Below, one piece after another: positions 59,905 to 64,000 of a DNA stretch of 64,000 nucleotides. The notes under the pieces were generated by a model. The model did not search any database and had not been told where the DNA came from. It saw only the letters and a list, made by a program, of their open reading frames with translations. The stretch lies in NCBI GenBank assembly GCA_964291405.2, contig OZ219926.1, positions 800,001 to 864,000 on the forward strand, in the 5' to 3' direction. Positions within the stretch are counted from its first letter, which is position 1; each line of letters opens with the position of its first letter. This DNA is from Thermodesulfobacteriota bacterium. Lineage in GTDB: Bacteria > Desulfobacterota > Binatia > Bin18. Both the position numbers and the translations under genes were made by a program.

Positions 59905-62900
59905 TTACCCCAACGCGGCGAGATTCTCGTTGAGCGTCCCTAACTGCGACTCCATGTCGGCCAGCTTGGAGCGCTCTTTTGCGACCACCTCGGGGTTTGC
60001 CCGTGAGAGGAATTTCTCGTTACCGAGTTTTTTCCGTACGCCCTCAAGCGTACCACTCAGCTTTTTGATCTGTCCGTTCAAACGCGCCCGTTCTTTCTCG
60101 GTATCAATGACCCCGAGCACGTACACCTCAAGCTCGCCCACAACCGCGGTGGCGGAATCGCGCGTCCGTTCGGCGTCGGCGGCCATCTCAACAGACTCGA
60201 CCCCAGCCAGGCCTTGAATATGGATCAGACCCTTGTTCAGGATATCCGGCGCTTGGTCCACGGTTTTGATGCGCACCTGCACCCGCTGTTTCGGCGGCAC
60301 CGTATACTGGCTGCGGATATCGCGGATGGCCCGAATAATGTTCTGTAAAAAGTCTACCTGCTGTTCGAGTTGCTCATCCTGCCAACTCGTATTCGGTTGC
60401 GGCCAGGGCGCGTGGGATATCGAGGCCGGCGTCTGAAGCGGGCTCTCGATTCCGCGCCGGGCGGCATGTTCATTCAGTTGTTGCCACAAGAAGTCGGTCA
60501 CAAAAGGAATAAACGGGTGAAACAACCGCAGAGTCTGATCTACGCAAAAGGCCAGGACTTGTCGGGCGCTGTCCGCGCCGTCCGTGCGTAGACGCGGCTT
60601 GATCATTTCCAGATACCAATCGCACAGCTCCGACCAGAAAAAATCCCGCGCCACGGACAGGGCGGCCGCCGGATTATAGGTCTCAAGCTGCTGCTGTACT
60701 TCGGCGATTGCCCGCGTCAGACGGGATAATATCCAGCGCTCCTCGAACGGCAGTGTAGCCGGATTCAACTCCACGAAGGGGGCCAGCTCAAGGTTCAACA
60801 AGGCAAACCGCGTCGCGTTCCACAGCTTGTTGCAGAAGTGGCGACCGACCTCAAAGCGGTCGCTAATCAGCTTGGCCGAGGGGATGTCCGGCATAGTGCC
60901 GAGCACATCAAATTCTTTTCCAGTTTTGGGACACACATAGGTAAAAATGCTGCTGCCGTGCTTGGCTTTTGCCAGGTCTACGGGCTCATTGGTAAATGGC
61001 GATATGGCTTGAACGGGGAGGCGAATGTCCTGGGAGCCGGTTTGCATCTCACACAGGACGTAGCGCATGGCATCGCAGCCGTAGCGTTCGATAATATCCA
61101 CCGGGTCGATGCCATTGCCTTTCGACTTGCTCATCCGCTCGCCCTTGCCATCCAAAATCGTGGCATGGATAAAGACGTCGGTGAACGGCACGTCACCCAG
61201 GTTATACAGTCCCATCAGGACCATGCGGGCGACCCATAAGGTAATGATGTCGCGCCCGGTCACCAGACAGGAACCGGGATAATAATACGAGAGGCAGTCG
61301 GGGGAACCGTCGTGTGTCCCCAGGGGCGACTGACCGGCTTCAATAGCCGCAGTGTTGGGGTCGGGCCAGCCCAGGGTGCTGTGCGGCCACAACCCGCTCG
61401 AGAACCAAGTATCCAGCACGTCGGGATCACGAACAAAGCCAGCCGCTTCCAGGTCGCTCACCACGTCCGCTTGGCTGGACGGCTCACGCAAACACACCAG
61501 AATTTTTCCCTGGATTTGCGCTAACGTGTCGTCGGCAACGGATCGAGCCAGGTGATCGGGCGTATCGGGACCAATGAGTTCGTTGGTGTCGCCCGTTTGC
61601 AAACGGGCGACTACATCTTCCTGTGTTAGATAGGGTGTAAGCCAGGTAAGCTGTTCCAGTAATGCCTGGCCTTGAAAGCTACCCGACCAGATCGGAATCT
61701 GATGCCCCCACCAGAGCTGGCGGCTGATGCACCAGTCCCGCTTCTCGGCGAGCCAGTTGATATAGGTGTTCCGGTAGCGAATGTCCGGATGAAATGAAAC
61801 GTTCTTGCCCGTGGGCGAGCGCCACTTGCCTTCGGCAGCATCGAGGGCGGCCTGGGCGAGTCCGGGTGCGACAAATTCATTGGCCGTCCCCCGGCCGCAT
61901 ACGACACCCCCGTCCACATCACCCATGCGCACGAACCACTGCTCCGACAGATAGGGCTCAACCGGCGTCTTGGAGCGATCCGAGTGGCCGATTTCGATCT
62001 CCCGATCCTCAATCGCCTCAAGCAGGCCGAGAGCGTCCAAATCCTGGATAACCTTGTCTCGGGCCGTAAAGCGATCGAGTCCTTGATATGATCCGGCCTG
62101 GTCGTTCAAAGAACCATCGGCACTCAGAATGTTAATAATGCCGATCTCCTCGCTATGACGGCCCCAGACATCGTAGTCATTGGGATCGTGGCCTGGGGTG
62201 ATTTTTACACAACCGCTGCCGAGTTCGGGTTTTGCCCATTCGTCGCAGATGAGTGGAATCGGGCGGTCCAGCAGCGGGAGGCGCACCAGACGGCCGGCTC
62301 TGGCCATGGCCGCGAGCTGTTCAAGCTGCCGTAGATGTGTATCGCGTCGTTTTTCAAGCCGCGCCACTTCCGCTTCCAACTCGACCCGCTCTTTTTGGCC
62401 GGCTCGGGTCAGGCGCTCCTGTGTTTTGCGAATCAGTTCTTCCAGGGCTCCGCGTGGGTCGGGATGGCAGGCTACCGCCGTATCACCCAGCATAGTTTCA
62501 GGCCGCGTTGTAGCCACCACTACGTATTCCGGTTCGCCGGGCTGAGGGTGAATGACCGGATAGCGCAAATGCCAGAAATGCCCCTGGACGCTTTCGTACA
62601 CAATCTCGTCATCCGCGACCGCAGTCTGCAAGTGGCAGTCCCAGTTGACCAGGCGCGTCCCACGAAAAATCAGACTGTCCCGGAACAGGTGAAAAAAGGT
62701 CCACTGGACGGCCCGGGCACAAACCGCGTCCATGGTAAAGCGCTGGCGGTCCCAGTCACACGAACAGCCCATGGCTTGCTGTTGACTGACAATGCGGGCC
62801 TGGTATTGCTCTTTCCAGTCCCAGATGCGTTCGACCAGTGCCTCGCGGCCAATATCATGCCGCGTTTTACCTTCCAGTTCGAACAGGCGCTTTTCCACAA

Positions 62901-63177
62901 CGGCTTGCGTGGCGATACCGGCGTGGTCCGTTCCGGCCATCCATAGCGCGTTCTCTCCCATCATGCGATGCCAGCGCGTCAGCATGTCCTGCATGACGTT
63001 GTCCATGGCGTGCCCCATGTGCAGAGCGCCGGTGACATTCGGCAGCGGCATCATGATCACATAGCGTTGCTCGTTGTCATCTGGTGTCGCGGCAAAAGGT
63101 TTGGTCTCTGCCCAGCGTTGGACAATCGTCTTTTCCAGTGCGGTTGGGTCGTATTGGCTGGCCAGTTCGTTTGGCAT
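59905..63177 (-). CDS. valS: Valine--tRNA ligase
   Basis: PNVTGALHMGH, DHAGIATQ, TTRPET, DWCISRQLWWGH, RMSKS, C-terminal coiled coil. Confidence 0.96.
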   Translation of the reverse strand: MPNELASQYDPTALEKTIVQRWAETKPFAATPDDNEQRYVIMMPLPNVTGALHMGHAMDNVMQDMLTRWHRMMGENALWMAGTDHAGIATQAVVEKRLFELEGKTRHDIGREALVERIWDWKEQYQARIVSQQQAMGCSCDWDRQRFTMDAVCARAVQWTFFHLFRDSLIFRGTRLVNWDCHLQTAVADDEIVYESVQGHFWHLRYPVIHPQPGEPEYVVVATTRPETMLGDTAVACHPDPRGALEELIRKTQERLTRAGQKERVELEAEVARLEKRRDTHLRQLEQLAAMARAGRLVRLPLLDRPIPLICDEWAKPELGSGCVKITPGHDPNDYDVWGRHSEEIGIINILSADGSLNDQAGSYQGLDRFTARDKVIQDLDALGLLEAIEDREIEIGHSDRSKTPVEPYLSEQWFVRMGDVDGGVVCGRGTANEFVAPGLAQAALDAAEGKWRSPTGKNVSFHPDIRYRNTYINWLAEKRDWCISRQLWWGHQIPIWSGSFQGQALLEQLTWLTPYLTQEDVVARLQTGDTNELIGPDTPDHLARSVADDTLAQIQGKILVCLREPSSQADVVSDLEAAGFVRDPDVLDTWFSSGLWPHSTLGWPDPNTAAIEAGQSPLGTHDGSPDCLSYYYPGSCLVTGRDIITLWVARMVLMGLYNLGDVPFTDVFIHATILDGKGERMSKSKGNGIDPVDIIERYGCDAMRYVLCEMQTGSQDIRLPVQAISPFTNEPVDLAKAKHGSSIFTYVCPKTGKEFDVLGTMPDIPSAKLISDRFEVGRHFCNKLWNATRFALLNLELAPFVELNPATLPFEERWILSRLTRAIAEVQQQLETYNPAAALSVARDFFWSELCDWYLEMIKPRLRTDGADSARQVLAFCVDQTLRLFHPFIPFVTDFLWQQLNEHAARRGIESPLQTPASISHAPWPQPNTSWQDEQLEQQVDFLQNIIRAIRDIRSQYTVPPKQRVQVRIKTVDQAPDILNKGLIHIQGLAGVESVEMAADAERTRDSATAVVGELEVYVLGVIDTEKERARLNGQIKKLSGTLEGVRKKLGNEKFLSRANPEVVAKERSKLADMESQLGTLNENLAALG

Positions 63178-63244
63178 TAGCTCGCTCCTTGGGAAAGCAG
63201 ACTCACACGATGAAAGGCGCGATCTGTTGTCTCAGCATCCCAGT

Positions 63245-63280
63245 AAAAAGGGGCTTCCCTCTTTTTGAGAAAAGCCCCCT
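63245..63280 (-). terminator. Terminator-like hairpin after tRNA-Leu
   Basis: GGGGCTT...AAGCCCC stem with T run on the minus strand. Confidence 0.55.
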
Positions 63281-63286
63281 GACTTA

Positions 63287-63370
<84 letters not shown>

Positions 63371-63537
63371 GTGAAGTACGTGAAGTACTTACCCGCCGCC
63401 CTGTTCGCCTGTCAATCCCGCGGGAGTGCAGCATGCCGGGGATCGCACCAGCGGATCTCGCCTGGCGGGGCTGGTCACTCTTGAACGGCCCACGCTGACA
63501 CAAAACAAAAGGTTATGGGGAGGGGTCGCTCCAGCCC

Positions 63538-63723
63538 TTACTCCGGTTCCTGATGACCCGCGTTGGCCAGGAATGAGACAAACACGGCCACGCTGAGTGC
63601 ACCTAAGACGCCCAGCGTCACGGCCCCAGTCGACACAAACCCCTCATCAGAAAAACCCGCGGCCTGCCAGGATCCGACCAATACGGCCGCCCCAACGACT
63701 ACGCCTAATACTGTCCCAAGCAT
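63538..63723 (-). CDS. Small two-TM hypothetical protein
   Basis: AAGGAG RBS, two hydrophobic segments. Confidence 0.5.
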   Translation of the reverse strand: MLGTVLGVVVGAAVLVGSWQAAGFSDEGFVSTGAVTLGVLGALSVAVFVSFLANAGHQEPE

Positions 63724-63919
63724 GCGCGAAACTCCTTGTCTTCCAATACAGCCTGCTGCTTCCTTTACCAGTTCTCCGGGTGGAGGACTAGGGTACTCCG
63801 GGGATCTAGGCGGATTCTCTTGCCCCAGTACAGCAGTCCTCAGACTTGCAGACTAGTATTTTTTCTGGATTCTCGGTAAGGGAAAGATACAATTCCATAC
63901 AACACTAAAGGAGGTTTAT

Positions 63920-64000
63920 ATGTCAGCGGGGAACGGTGAAGTCAGTCTTGAGGGGTCCATCGATTGTGACGGCCATATTTTGGAGCCGTCCGATTTGTGG
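63920..64000 (+). CDS. Amidohydrolase family protein (5' partial)
   Basis: AAGGAGG RBS, MSAGNGEVSLEGSIDCDGHILEPSDLW with DxDxH motif. Confidence 0.75.
   Translation, partial: MSAGNGEVSLEGSIDCDGHILEPSDLW

Overview
Bacterial, GC-rich (about 60%) chromosomal window. The gene order and protein style resemble Deltaproteobacteria-like lineages such as Ca. Binatota; this is an inference only. The left part (1-25 kb) is accessory metabolism. It holds a sulfur operon (persulfide dioxygenase-rhodanese, 4Fe-4S/NrfD fusion, Tat-less molybdopterin oxidoreductase, SulP, then gshA) and an NCS2 permease with an extra C-terminal domain. It also holds acoAB-acoX, crcB, a split AhpD/CMD gene that reads as a CxxU selenoprotein with a SECIS-like hairpin, aat, and a decayed TA/NERD island. 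The rest is mostly core genome: argBDFGH-dapFAB, hemQ, thiO, rlmD, tRNA-Pro, plsY, sigma54-driven glnB-glnA, ilvN-ilvC-psd-pssA-(Leu leader attenuator)-leuA-leuB, an EF-G paralog, coaX, birA, nadC, an EVE/TA insertion, valS and tRNA-Leu. Four otherwise intact genes (PDO-rhodanese, dapB, leuB, nadC) carry frameshifts that are most likely assembly indels. No CRISPR array, rRNA, integrase or transposase was seen. All calls come from motif recognition by eye, without database searches.
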